From IMG/VR virus record IMGVR_UViG_2932454522_000002, positions 1 to 64,000 of that record: DNA of 64,000 bases. One strand, written 5' to 3'. Numbering within the stretch: the first letter of the stretch is position 1; every line of letters begins with the position of its first letter. Source of the DNA: a virus. Taxonomy: Duplodnaviria > Caudoviricetes. The translations under genes and the position numbers were made by a program. A model generated the notes under the pieces. It did not search any database, had not been told where the DNA came from, and saw only the letters and a list, made by a program, of their open reading frames with translations. Shown in pieces: positions 10,005 to 19,652 of the stretch.

Positions 10005-10237
10005 AGACCGACCTGCACGCCGCGCTCGACGTCACCGTCACGTTCCTCAACGCCCTCACCTGGCTGTGGCTCACCGCCCCGATCATCCTCACCGCGCTCG
10101 TCTACGCCCTCGCCGCCATGGCCCTCGTCGCCATCGGACGACGCATCCGCGACTCGTTCCACCGCGCCAACCAGACCATCGCCGACATTCAGCAGCCCAC
10201 CGCAGACCAGCCCCGGAAGGAGACGCCGCAGTCATGA
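10001..10237 (+). CDS. Small membrane protein
   Basis: Hydrophobic N-half; GTGA overlap. Confidence 0.6.
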   Translation: MKTDLHAALDVTVTFLNALTWLWLTAPIILTALVYALAAMALVAIGRRIRDSFHRANQTIADIQQPTADQPRKETPQS

Positions 10238-10689
10238 GCCACCCGCGAGAGAAGGAGATCGTCGCCATGTTGCGCGACGGCATCTCCTGCGCGAAGACCG
10301 CCCGAGACCTCCACGTTGATCGCCTCGCCGTCTACAAGATCCGTGACGCCCACGGCATCCCCAACTGGTACGCCGACCCCAACGGCCCGGCCTGCCGGCA
10401 CGGTCACGCCTGGCCCGAGAACCTCGACCGCGACTGCAAGGGCAAGCACTTCTGCCGCCTCTGCGCCCAGACCGTCGCGCGCCGCCGCTACCAGCCCGTA
10501 GGCATCGACGAGCTCGCCGTCGAACTCGCCGTCCAAGGGCAGCGCGTCCGGCTCACCCCGCGCGAACGACGTGAAGCAGTGCGCCAGTTGATGCCGCGAA
10601 ACCTCAGCGGCATGCAGATCGCCGAGCGCATCGGCTGCACCGACCGGACCGTCTGGCGGATCCGCAAGCAGCTGAAGGAGGCGGCATGA
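10234..10689 (+). CDS. HTH/zinc-finger/HTH DNA-binding protein
   Basis: CRHGH..CRLC plus C-terminal LSGMQIAERIGCTDRTVWR. Confidence 0.7.
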   Translation: MSHPREKEIVAMLRDGISCAKTARDLHVDRLAVYKIRDAHGIPNWYADPNGPACRHGHAWPENLDRDCKGKHFCRLCAQTVARRRYQPVGIDELAVELAVQGQRVRLTPRERREAVRQLMPRNLSGMQIAERIGCTDRTVWRIRKQLKEAA

Positions 10690-11099
10690 CCACCCTCGCC
10701 ACCGCCATCGAACTGATGAAGGCCGGCTACTCCGACCGTCACATCGCCCGCGAAATGCACATGACCCCGAAGCGCGTCGGCCAGATCCGGAAGCGTGCAG
10801 GACTCCCCGCCGCACGCAGCGGACCCAAGCCGATCCCCGTCGAAGACCGATTCCAGGAGATCGCCGAACCCACCGACGACGGACACATGGTGTGGCCGCA
10901 CCCGTCGGAAACCATGCGCCAAGGCCGCGGACCCAAGATCTCCATCCGCCGCGTCGCCTTCCGCATCAGCCACCAGCGCGAAGCCGTCGGACAAGTCCTG
11001 CCCGGCTGCGACCGCGACGACTGCGTCCACCCCGACCACGTCGAAGACCGGGCCATGCGCGACCAATACCGGGCGATCTTCGGCCCGCTCGCCGCCTGA
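10686..11099 (+). CDS. HTH protein with degenerate HNH-like C-terminus
   Basis: GYSDRHIAREM HTH; CDRDDCVHPDHV. Confidence 0.6.
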   Translation: MTTLATAIELMKAGYSDRHIAREMHMTPKRVGQIRKRAGLPAARSGPKPIPVEDRFQEIAEPTDDGHMVWPHPSETMRQGRGPKISIRRVAFRISHQREAVGQVLPGCDRDDCVHPDHVEDRAMRDQYRAIFGPLAA

Positions 11100-11161
11100 T
11101 CAACCACAACGACAAAGGCCCCGCGGAAGCGGGGCCCGGAAGGAGAGGAGGGGAGATGCGA

Positions 11162-11347
11162 TCAGTCGGACGACTCGGCTCGCTGCCGACGCTTGAAGGC
11201 GGCCACTTCGCGCTTGATGTGCATGCGAATGTCCGCGGAGCGCGTGAGCCCCTTGTCCTTGCAGGCCAGTTCGTAGACGCGCCAGTCCTCGTCGTCGATG
11301 CGGATGACGCGGTTCGTGGTGTGGGTGTCTTTCGTCCGGCTGACCAT
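11162..11347 (-). CDS. Ribbon-helix-helix regulator
   Basis: RVIRIDDEDW...GLTRSADIRMHI RHH pattern. Confidence 0.65.
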   Translation of the reverse strand: MVSRTKDTHTTNRVIRIDDEDWRVYELACKDKGLTRSADIRMHIKREVAAFKRRQRAESSD

Positions 11348-11364
11348 GTGCCCAACATACGCGG

Positions 11365-11433
11365 TGCATATGCAGCGCGTCTACATGGCGCATTGACCGT
11401 GCATATGCACAGGGGTAGGGTGCTGCATATGCA
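11365..11433. promoter_or_regulatory. Three TGCATATGCA palindromic operators and a sigma70-type promoter
   Basis: Palindromes at 11365, 11400, 11424; TTGACC-N17-TAGGGT (11393-11421). Confidence 0.7.
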
Positions 11434-11983
11434 CGATGCTGACAGAGCGGGCATCACGACGTGCCGCCACAAGGACTACAGCCTGACCTGCGAGCAGTTC
11501 GATGACCTGCTCAAACGCTCCGAACAGCGCTGCGAGATATGCCGCCGCTACGGCATTGAGACCAGTCACGGCCAGCTCTACATCGACCACGACAAGTGGC
11601 GCGGCATGTGGGCGGTCCGCGGCCTCCTCTGCGGGCGATGCAACTCAATGCTCGAACACGAAGAGCACTTCGTCCCCGAGGTCGCCCCGTACCTCGAATC
11701 CGCCTGGTGGCAATCAATGCTCGCCGAACTGGGGATCGCCGAGTCCCCAGCAGAACCTCCGCTCGGAACGGCCGTCCGCGCCGGCCAGTGCTGCCGCTGG
11801 AAGCGAGATCGCAAGGGGTGGTTCTGCACCTGCGGACGCCACCGGCACAGCAGCGCATGGCGACGCCGCACCTGGCACCAACTACTCAGCTCTTTCGGCC
11901 CGCACCGGATTCGGATCCCCGACCACCGCGAACCAGCCGCCGACAAGCGAACTTCAGCCGCGAAGGGCGGACCGACGAAATGA
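11429..11983 (+). CDS. Endonuclease VII-domain nuclease
   Basis: YSLTCEQFDDLL..CEIC..IDHD..VRGLLCGRCN. Confidence 0.82.
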   Translation: MHDADRAGITTCRHKDYSLTCEQFDDLLKRSEQRCEICRRYGIETSHGQLYIDHDKWRGMWAVRGLLCGRCNSMLEHEEHFVPEVAPYLESAWWQSMLAELGIAESPAEPPLGTAVRAGQCCRWKRDRKGWFCTCGRHRHSSAWRRRTWHQLLSSFGPHRIRIPDHREPAADKRTSAAKGGPTK

Positions 11984-13062
11984 CGAACCTCAGCCTCTGC
12001 TCCGGCTATGGCGGACTCGACGAGGCGGTCGAGCGGATCGCCGGCAACAAGACCTTTGTCTACGCCGAGAACGATCCGTTCGCCGTCCAGGTCATGGCCG
12101 CCCGCTACCCGCACGCCGAGAACCTCGGCGACATCAAGAAGACCGACTGGGCCGCCGTCGCTGCCCAGCACCACATCGAAACCATCGCCGCCGGCTTCCC
12201 CTGCCAGGGACTCTCCAACGCCGGCCTCCGGAAAGGACTCCTCGATGCCCGCTCCGCGGTCTGGAAGAACGTTGCTCAGGCTGTTCGCATCATTCGACCT
12301 CGCCTCGTCTTCCTGGAAAACGTGGCGGGCATCCGGTCGCGCGGCCTCGGCGAAGTCGTCGCCGACCTGGCCGCGATCGGGTACAGCATCCGATGGACGT
12401 GTGTACGAGCTGGTGAAGACGTCATCGGGGCGCCGCACCCGCGCGACCGCTGGTTCGGCCTCGCGTACCCCACTGCTGAAGACCCCGACGTCGCAGCTTG
12501 GCGTGAACGGTGGACCGCAGCATCCGGCGAAGCGGAAGGCCGGGGGGCACGGTCCGACGCTGGAGGACGAGGTGGTGTTCCTGCTGGCGCCGCCGACGGA
12601 GCGGACGGAACAGGAGCCCGCCTGAGGCTCCTGCCGTCCCCGGCCGCCGGGAACTTCAACGACGGTGAGGGCCTGAAGTCCTGGCTCGCCCGGCGCGACC
12701 GCAACCGGGCCAAGGGGATCAACGGCAACGGCATGGGCACGCCGCTCTCCATCGCCGTCCGCATGGCCGACCAGTCCTGGGTCACCGCCGAAGGCATCGA
12801 CTACGGGCCCGCCATCCGGCGCTGGGAGACCATCCTCGGCCGCCCCGCGCCGCTGCCCACCGAGCCCGGTGACCGCGGCAACCGGCGCCTCAACCCCGTG
12901 TTCGTCGAGTGGATGATGGGCCTGCCCGAGGGCTGGGTCACCGGCCTCGGCCTCCCGCGCAACCCGCAGCTCAAGATCCTCGGCAACGGTGTCGTCACCC
13001 GCCAGGCCGTTGAGGGCTACCGCCGGCTGCTGTGCGCCGACGTTGACGCCATGGCCGCGTGA
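11980..13062 (+). CDS. DNA (cytosine-5) methyltransferase
   Basis: SLCSGYGG, AGFPCQ, ENV, RDRWF, EWMMGLP, LGNGVV motifs. Confidence 0.92.
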   Translation: MTNLSLCSGYGGLDEAVERIAGNKTFVYAENDPFAVQVMAARYPHAENLGDIKKTDWAAVAAQHHIETIAAGFPCQGLSNAGLRKGLLDARSAVWKNVAQAVRIIRPRLVFLENVAGIRSRGLGEVVADLAAIGYSIRWTCVRAGEDVIGAPHPRDRWFGLAYPTAEDPDVAAWRERWTAASGEAEGRGARSDAGGRGGVPAGAADGADGTGARLRLLPSPAAGNFNDGEGLKSWLARRDRNRAKGINGNGMGTPLSIAVRMADQSWVTAEGIDYGPAIRRWETILGRPAPLPTEPGDRGNRRLNPVFVEWMMGLPEGWVTGLGLPRNPQLKILGNGVVTRQAVEGYRRLLCADVDAMAA

Positions 13063-13118
13063 CCGGCCGACCCGCCAGGGCCTGAACAACCCCATCCGTA
13101 CCGCCAGGAAGTAGGGCT

Positions 13119-14111
13119 ATGCCCAGCCGGTTTGAATTCGAGCGCGCGATCAGGCGCAGCAGTCTCCCGCCTCTGGCGCGGCTGCTCGCCCTGACCGTGG
13201 CCACCTGGGCTGACGTCGAGACCGGCCGCATCGCTTCCCGCAACCAGCCAGCTCAGTCCGTCCTGCTCGAAGCGACCGGCCTGTCGAAGTCCGCGTTCCT
13301 GACGCATCGCAAGACCCTGCTCGAGGCCGGGTGGCTCAACTGCAAGTCGCCCGAGCGCATCAAGGCCCAGAAGGAGCACGCCCAGAATGTCTATTCCATC
13401 CACGTTCCGGATGGAAAAGCTGGGTCGCCAGGCGACCTAGCTTTTCCTGGGCAAGTCGGACTTGACCCGGTTGAGGCTAGGTCGGGAGACGACCTAGCCC
13501 AGTCCAACCAAACTGGGACAAGTCCGGATGAGGCTAGGTCGCCTGGCGACCTAGGGCTAGGTCGGGAGGCGACCCAGCCCAAAACGGACGATGTCGGAAT
13601 CGCACCAGAAAAGCTAGGTCGCCAGGCGACCACAAGAGTAGTTACTACTTCTCTCTCTTCTATCCCTCCCGTAGACGACGAGCGGGAGAGCAGCTACGAG
13701 GACCGGATCCCCGACGCCTTCGCCTACATCCAGCCGCTCATCAAGGCGATGACCGACGAAGGACTCACCGTCTCCTGGGCGATGCAGCCCGACGAGATCC
13801 AGCACACCGCGCAGATCCTCCGGCGAGCCGGCGTCAAGGCGATGGTCGACTTCGCGCTCGACACCAAGGCGGACACCAAGAAGCGGATCCGCTACGCCAC
13901 GTTCTTCCTTCGCGGCGGCTGGAAGGGCCTACCGCCCAAGAGCACCAAGCCGCGCCCCGAAGAACGCAAGGGATCCGAGAAGCCGCCGTACTGCGGCGAT
14001 CCGGACTGCGACGAACTCACCCGCCTGCGCCAGACGGTCGACGCCGACGGTCTCCGCTCCGTCCGCCCCTGCCCCGTATGCCACCCGAACCGTAAGGACA
14101 AAGCCGCGTGA
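13119..14111 (+). CDS. Phage replication initiator (N-terminal wHTH, C-terminal Zn ribbon)
   Basis: Directly upstream of DnaB; internal iterons; YCGDPDC..CPVCHP. Confidence 0.75.
   Translation: MPSRFEFERAIRRSSLPPLARLLALTVATWADVETGRIASRNQPAQSVLLEATGLSKSAFLTHRKTLLEAGWLNCKSPERIKAQKEHAQNVYSIHVPDGKAGSPGDLAFPGQVGLDPVEARSGDDLAQSNQTGTSPDEARSPGDLGLGREATQPKTDDVGIAPEKLGRQATTRVVTTSLSSIPPVDDERESSYEDRIPDAFAYIQPLIKAMTDEGLTVSWAMQPDEIQHTAQILRRAGVKAMVDFALDTKADTKKRIRYATFFLRGGWKGLPPKSTKPRPEERKGSEKPPYCGDPDCDELTRLRQTVDADGLRSVRPCPVCHPNRKDKAA
13413..13663. repeat. Putative replication origin: five palindromic iterons plus AT-rich tract
   Basis: GCTAGGTCG(C/G)nnGnCGACC(T/C)AG-type units near 13419, 13476, 13533, 13556, 13613, then AAGAGTAGTTACTACTTCTCTCTCTTCTAT. 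Confidence 0.7.
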
Positions 14112-15475
14112 ACGATTACGACGAGCCAGACGACTTCGAGCGCACGCCGCCATGCGATCTCGAGGCCGAACAAGCCGTACTCGGCAGCATGCTGCTTTCG
14201 CAGTCCGTCATCGACCGGATGATCGCGATCGTCGAGCCGGGCGCGTTCTACCGCCCCCAGCACCAGACCGTCTTCACCGCAGTCACTGACCTCTACGGCC
14301 GCAGCCGCAACCCGAAGATCGACCCCATCACGGTCGGTGCTGAACTCGAGCGCCTCGGCGAGCTCGCCAAAATCGGCGGCCAGGCATACCTGCACCGCCT
14401 CGTTGCCGCTGTGCCCACCGTCGCCAACGCGGAGCAGTACGCGGAAATCGTCCGCGACAAGGCCATGCTGCGCGCCGTCATCGAAACCTCCACTCGAGCC
14501 GCAGCCCGCGCCTATGCCCAGCAGGACGACGCCACCGAAATCCTCGACGACGCGATGGCCGAGTTCCAGGGCGCCGCCACCGGCGCCTCGCCGCTCGAGG
14601 TCAAGCTGTCCGTCGGCGACAGGTGGGGCACCTTCCTCGACGAACTCCAAGCCGGCAAAGACCCCAACGCCCTCGACACCCCGTGGCACGACCTCAACGA
14701 CGTCGTCGAACTCAAGCCCGGAATGCTCATCACCGTCGGCGCCGCAACCGGCGGCGGCAAGTCGCTGTTCGGCATGAACCTCGCCTCGCACATCGCGCTC
14801 ACCCGCTGCCGGCCCGCACTTGTCGCCTCCATGGAGATGGGCGGCTCCGAACTCATGGCCCGCCTCACCGCGGCGGAAGCCATGGTCGACCTCGACCGGC
14901 TCGTGCGCCGCAAGCTCAACGACCACGACTGGGCCAAGGTCATCAAGGTCTCCGACCGGATGCAGAACGCCCGCAACTTCATCCTCGACGACTCGCCCAA
15001 CCTCACCCTGTCGAAGATCCGCGCGCGCCTGCGCTGGATGGCCGGCCACGGGCAGCCCGCCGCGATCGTCGTCGCCGACTACCTCCAGCTCATGACCCCC
15101 GAAGGCTCGAGCAGCCAGGCCAACCGTGCACAGGAAGTCGCCACGATCAGCCGCGGACTGAAGCTCATGGCGATGGAGTTCGAGATCCCCGTCATCGCGC
15201 TCGCCCAGTTCAACCGCAACGCCGCCGGCCGCGAGCCCACGGTCACCGACTTCAAAGACTCCTCGGCAATCGAGCAGGACTCCAACGTGATCGTCCTCAT
15301 GCACAAGCCGCTGCCCCCGGACCCCGACGACCCCGAGTCCAAGCGCGAGAAGGACCGCACCGGCGAGATCGACCTGATCGTCGCGAAGAACCGCAACGGC
15401 ATCTCCGGGCGGATCGTCCCGCTCGTCTTCCAAGGCCACTACGGCCGCCTGCAATCCATGGGCCGCGAGTACTGA
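14108..15475 (+). CDS. dnaB: Replicative DNA helicase DnaB
   Basis: EAEQAVLGSML, GAATGGGKS, DYLQL, IEQDSN, KNRNG. Confidence 0.95.
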   Translation: MNDYDEPDDFERTPPCDLEAEQAVLGSMLLSQSVIDRMIAIVEPGAFYRPQHQTVFTAVTDLYGRSRNPKIDPITVGAELERLGELAKIGGQAYLHRLVAAVPTVANAEQYAEIVRDKAMLRAVIETSTRAAARAYAQQDDATEILDDAMAEFQGAATGASPLEVKLSVGDRWGTFLDELQAGKDPNALDTPWHDLNDVVELKPGMLITVGAATGGGKSLFGMNLASHIALTRCRPALVASMEMGGSELMARLTAAEAMVDLDRLVRRKLNDHDWAKVIKVSDRMQNARNFILDDSPNLTLSKIRARLRWMAGHGQPAAIVVADYLQLMTPEGSSSQANRAQEVATISRGLKLMAMEFEIPVIALAQFNRNAAGREPTVTDFKDSSAIEQDSNVIVLMHKPLPPDPDDPESKREKDRTGEIDLIVAKNRNGISGRIVPLVFQGHYGRLQSMGREY

Positions 15476-15488
15476 CAAGGAGAACCCT

Positions 15489-15761
15489 GTGATCACTTGG
15501 CCTGAACTGGCAGCCGCAGAACCACGGCTGGCCGAGCTCGAGCAGACCGTCCGCGCCGAATGCGCGACCGCCGAGACCGACCCCATGTGGTCGTTCTCCC
15601 GGTACTGGTCGTACACCCTGCGCCCCGCGATCAAGCCGCTCGTCGGCTGGGAACGCGACACCGGCGCCCACCCGGAGCTGGAGACCGAGGAAGCCTGGCA
15701 CGCCGCCATAAGCCACCTCATCGGCCTGCTCCCCGCAGGCGAAGGGCTGTGGGCGTCATGA
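15489..15761 (+). CDS. Hypothetical phage protein
   Basis: AAGGAG SD. Confidence 0.65.
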   Translation: MITWPELAAAEPRLAELEQTVRAECATAETDPMWSFSRYWSYTLRPAIKPLVGWERDTGAHPELETEEAWHAAISHLIGLLPAGEGLWAS

Positions 15762-16048
15762 CCGAGCTGTCCGTCAACGACATCGCGGAACTCCGCAAAG
15801 ACCCCGACAGCTTCCGCGACTACCTCCGGCACATCACTGGCCGCCCCGTCGAAGCCCCCGCCGTCGAGGAGGAGAAGACCGCGCCGGCCGACCCCGGCTA
15901 CCGCACCGCGCACGTCGGCGGCTGGCCCATCGGCTCCGCCGCATCAGGCCCCACCCCGAGGCATGGCCGATGCACCTGCCCGAAGTGCGAACAGGCCGCT
16001 GTCGTCCAACTGCCCGCCATCCAGCACCGGAACGAGGAGGCCGCGTGA
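15758..16048 (+). CDS. Hypothetical phage protein
   Basis: ATGA overlap. Confidence 0.6.
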   Translation: MTELSVNDIAELRKDPDSFRDYLRHITGRPVEAPAVEEEKTAPADPGYRTAHVGGWPIGSAASGPTPRHGRCTCPKCEQAAVVQLPAIQHRNEEAA

Positions 16049-16449
16049 CCAGCACGATGGAGTGGATCCGCCGCACCTACGACGTGCCCGCCCGGCACGG
16101 CATGCGGATCACCTACGACGGCAAGCCGGCCACGATCACCGGCGCGGGCAACGGATACCTGCGCTTCCGTGTCGACGGCGAGAAGCACGTCACCTACGAC
16201 CACCCGACCTACCGGATCGTTTACCCGGCGATCCCGAAGAGGCCTCGTCCCCGCGGCTGGTGCAAGCACTGCATGCAGGAGCGGGCGATGACCGTGGGCG
16301 GCGTGATGCGCGCACACCACTGGGGCTATCGCCGCCGCACGAAGTTCCGGGTCGAGCGCTGGTCCGAACCGTGCCCCGGCAGCTACAGCCCGCCGTGGAA
16401 GGTCGTGCGGAATCTGACGCACCCGGGCGAGCAGCGCCAGGCCGCCTGA
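16045..16449 (+). CDS. Hypothetical phage protein
   Basis: WIRRTYDVPARHGMRITY resembles a common phage motif; coupled. Confidence 0.65.
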   Translation: MTSTMEWIRRTYDVPARHGMRITYDGKPATITGAGNGYLRFRVDGEKHVTYDHPTYRIVYPAIPKRPRPRGWCKHCMQERAMTVGGVMRAHHWGYRRRTKFRVERWSEPCPGSYSPPWKVVRNLTHPGEQRQAA

Positions 16450-16601
16450 TGCCGCGCGCCGCCTCCGCTGGGAGGGACCGGTGGTCCCCGGGTTCGCGGG
16501 CGCGCCCCACCGTGGGGCTGTGAGCGCCCCGCGCTTCCAGGTCCCCGCTTTCAGCGCCCTAGGCCGTCCAGCAAAAACCAGTTGAGTGAGAAGAGGCAGA
16601 A

Positions 16602-16922
16602 ATGAACCACACCCAGACCGCCGAAGTAGTCCGCGCCGAACGAGAGCCGTCCGCCGAACTCCCCGCCACCGCCATCCGGCACCCCAAGTGCGGCGGCTGG
16701 TGGACCGGGCTCGGCCGCTCCCACTGCGCCGCCTGCTGCCGCACCTTCAGCTGCGACTCCGCGGCCGACAAGCACCGCATAGGCGCCTTCGGAGTCGACC
16801 GCCGTTGCGCCAACCCCGCCGCCGTCGGACTCGCCGCACGGACCAAGCCCTTCGGGGAGCTGTGGAGCTGGCCGGGCAGCGACGACTACGACCCGTCCGC
16901 GCGCCGCAACTCAGACGCCTGA
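16602..16922 (+). CDS. Putative zinc-binding protein (FDXHR-like)
   Basis: CGGWWTG..SHCAACCRTFS..DKHR. Confidence 0.7.
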   Translation: MNHTQTAEVVRAEREPSAELPATAIRHPKCGGWWTGLGRSHCAACCRTFSCDSAADKHRIGAFGVDRRCANPAAVGLAARTKPFGELWSWPGSDDYDPSARRNSDA

Positions 16923-16951
16923 CCAGCCAACTCAACCCGAGAGGAACCGAC

Positions 16952-17455
16952 ATGACCGACGACCACAAGCCCATCAACTGGTTCTGGGAAGCAGGCAGCG
17001 ACTCCTGCCCCCACGGCTCCGAGCCCGACTACGACACGGACCCTGAGGCCTGGGACGACTGGAACGAGCGCCACACCGGCAGCTCGGAGGACGTGCGTAT
17101 CTGCCTCGACGCCCCCGCCGGGCAGGCCTGCGAGCCGTGCAGCAACGAGCACGGCGACATGGTCCCGTGGTCCCGCTGCGAGAACCGGACGCACTCGCGC
17201 CCCCGTCGCGGCAAGACCCGCCAGCACCGCCCCACCGTCGCCGACGTCGGCACGCTGGAGTGTCTGGAGCGGGAGTGCGAAGAGTTCTACACCGACGACG
17301 GCGAGGAGATCACCGACAAGACGGCCTGCTCGCACATGACGCAGATCGAAGTCTGCGACGCCTGCTCGCCCGAGCCGTCCGCCCAGGTCGAGTTCCCGAT
17401 CGTCGTCGCCTGGGCTGACTGCCAGCACGTCAAGGCCGGGGCGGTGCAGCGATGA
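16952..17455 (+). CDS. Cys-rich acidic hypothetical protein
   Basis: GAGGA SD; multiple CxxC. Confidence 0.6.
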   Translation: MTDDHKPINWFWEAGSDSCPHGSEPDYDTDPEAWDDWNERHTGSSEDVRICLDAPAGQACEPCSNEHGDMVPWSRCENRTHSRPRRGKTRQHRPTVADVGTLECLERECEEFYTDDGEEITDKTACSHMTQIEVCDACSPEPSAQVEFPIVVAWADCQHVKAGAVQR

Positions 17456-17652
17456 GGCACTTCCGCTACCGCGACGACGCCCACCAGAGCACCGGCCTGC
17501 ACGAGGTCTGGCACTGGCTGTACGACCCGGCCGCGCTCGGCCGCAAGGCGTACCGGGTGCGCCTCCCGTGGCTGCACGCCATCCACCTGATCCCCGGCTC
17601 CTGGATCGAGCGGGCCTGCGCCCGATACGACCAGCGCCACCCCACCCCGTGA
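17452..17652 (+). CDS. Hypothetical protein
   Basis: ATGA overlap. Confidence 0.5.
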   Translation: MRHFRYRDDAHQSTGLHEVWHWLYDPAALGRKAYRVRLPWLHAIHLIPGSWIERACARYDQRHPTP

Positions 17653-17681
17653 TCACCCAACACCCCACGAAGGAGCAGCAC

Positions 17682-17996
17682 ATGACGCCCGCCGACGAAT
17701 TGCAGGCCGCGGCCGACAAGCTCGAACCGCTCGCAGAGGCAGCCCAGCGCGACCTTGACCGCGACGACTACTGGCGCTGCTACGACCCCGCCACGGCGTG
17801 GCGCGACGGACTCACCAACGGCATGGGCGGGGCTTCCGGCGACCTCGCAGGGGCCGTACCGCCCGCTGCGGCGACCGAGCTTGCCCGCTGGCTACGTGCC
17901 GAGTCCCGCCGCCTCGCAACAACAACACACCCGGGCTGGCAGGACGCCGTCAGCCCCCATGCACTCGCCGTGGCGCGAGCGATCAACACCCCGTGA
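17682..17996 (+). CDS. Hypothetical phage protein
   Basis: AAGGAG SD; MTPADELQAAADKL. Confidence 0.65.
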   Translation: MTPADELQAAADKLEPLAEAAQRDLDRDDYWRCYDPATAWRDGLTNGMGGASGDLAGAVPPAAATELARWLRAESRRLATTTHPGWQDAVSPHALAVARAINTP

Positions 17997-18066
17997 CCAC
18001 AGCAGCGCAGCGCCCGGGTCGTAGCCGGGCGCTGCTCCCCGAAGCCTAGATCAAGCAGGAGAAGTC

Positions 18067-19305
18067 ATGACCATCACCCGTTACCGCAAGAGGCCGATCG
18101 AGGTCGACACCGTCCAGTGGACCGGCGGCAACATCGACGAGCTGATCGATTTCACGGGCGGCGAGTTCCTGCTCGTCTCGCCCGACGAGGGGGATTTTGC
18201 CCCGGACGTCACCGCCAAGGTCTACGACGAGCTCCACGACACGTGGGTCGGCGTGAAGACTGGCCAGCACATCGTCCGCGGCGTGAAGGGCGAGCTGTAC
18301 CCGATCGCCGAAGACGTCCTCGCCGAGACCTACGAGCCCGCCGCCCCGACCCCGCCCGCCGACCAGAACCTCCGCGACCGCACAAAGCGGTACGCGGCAG
18401 CACTACAGCGTGAACTGCAGAAGTTCGACCGGCAGCCCGTGCCCGAGGGTGCCGCCCTTCTCGCCGACGCCGCGATGGCCGTGGCGGACGAGGAGATCGT
18501 GGAGGCGCTCCGGATCAGCGACGCGGCGACGAACGCCATGCGGGACGCCGACCGCGCCGAGAACGCCCGCCTGCGCACAGAGCTGGCGAACCGCAGCACC
18601 GACCTGAACCGGGCGGCCATGGACGCCGTCCGGTACGCCGAGGATGTCGCCCGCCTGTCCGCCGACCGGGCCGCCGTGCTGCGGGAGGCCGCAGACATCG
18701 CCGACCGCTGGACCACCGGCTGCTCGGACTGCGCCACGGAAGCGGCGTTGCGCAACCACTACCGCCGCATGGCCGACAAGGCAGAACAGGCCCACTTGGA
18801 TGTCGAGTTCGAGCCGTTCGCATACACCGATGCGGACGCGGCCCACCTCGCCATCGGCCCGCACGACGACGGCGGACGACCCGTCGTGTCCATGGAAGCC
18901 GATCACGGAGCGCGCGGACACGCCACTGTGTACGTCCTGCCTGAGGACGTTGAGCGGGTCGTGGATGCGCTCCGTGGCGCACGCCGAGCCGCGCTCAATC
19001 GGGCCGACGAGGCGCAGCGCCCGGAGGTCGAGACCGCGCAGCCGCAGCCCGTCGACCGGTCTTCCGTCGAGCTGCAGATCCGGGTCCTGGGCGAGGTGCT
19101 CGGCCGTCTTCGCGGCACGGGTGACGGCGACAGCGCGACCGAGGACGTTCCCGCGGCGACGGTGCGCGCCGTGCTCGCGGACATCCTCGCCGACATGCAG
19201 CCGGGGGAGCCCACCCACCCCGACGTCTGCCGTCACGGCTGCCGGGCCGCCGCCGACGAAATCGGCCAGCTCGGGCAGGACATGCAGGCAGGGGAGGGGC
19301 GGTGA
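18067..19305 (+). CDS. Mosaic phage protein
   Basis: N-terminal RYRKRPIEVDTVQWTG..IVRGVKGELYP domain, then helical segments. Confidence 0.7.
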   Translation: MTITRYRKRPIEVDTVQWTGGNIDELIDFTGGEFLLVSPDEGDFAPDVTAKVYDELHDTWVGVKTGQHIVRGVKGELYPIAEDVLAETYEPAAPTPPADQNLRDRTKRYAAALQRELQKFDRQPVPEGAALLADAAMAVADEEIVEALRISDAATNAMRDADRAENARLRTELANRSTDLNRAAMDAVRYAEDVARLSADRAAVLREAADIADRWTTGCSDCATEAALRNHYRRMADKAEQAHLDVEFEPFAYTDADAAHLAIGPHDDGGRPVVSMEADHGARGHATVYVLPEDVERVVDALRGARRAALNRADEAQRPEVETAQPQPVDRSSVELQIRVLGEVLGRLRGTGDGDSATEDVPAATVRAVLADILADMQPGEPTHPDVCRHGCRAAADEIGQLGQDMQAGEGR

Positions 19306-19577
19306 CCCGCTCCAAGTGGCCGGCTGCCGCCCACGTCCAGCAGGCGGCCGACGAGATGCGCGTGCCGGACACGAACCTCGACGTCGAGCGCGAGCAGTAC
19401 ACGGCGCCGATTGCCGACTGGCTCGACAAGGCGGCGCTCGACATGGCGTGGCTCGCCCCGTTCCGTGATCACGAAGGCGGTTACCGGCCGTGGCGTGCGG
19501 CCACCCGAACTGCCCACGGACTGCTCGGACTTCCTGACCCGGACGGCTGCCCGGTCTGCCACCCGCCCCGCCGCTGA
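19302..19577 (+). CDS. Hypothetical protein
   Basis: GTGA overlap; GGAGG SD. Confidence 0.55.
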   Translation: MTRSKWPAAAHVQQAADEMRVPDTNLDVEREQYTAPIADWLDKAALDMAWLAPFRDHEGGYRPWRAATRTAHGLLGLPDPDGCPVCHPPRR

Positions 19578-19652
19578 CCCACCGAACACCGGTCGCTCGC
19601 GCCTGAATCGCGAGCGACCGGCACCCACCAGTAGATCACCAGGAGGAAACCC

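Noticed and set aside
13892-15913. Long antisense ORFs (also 3293-4981, 33330-35138, 35090-36982, 57087-58508)
   Set aside because: Shadow frames of real high-GC3 genes on the opposite strand; no motifs or SD
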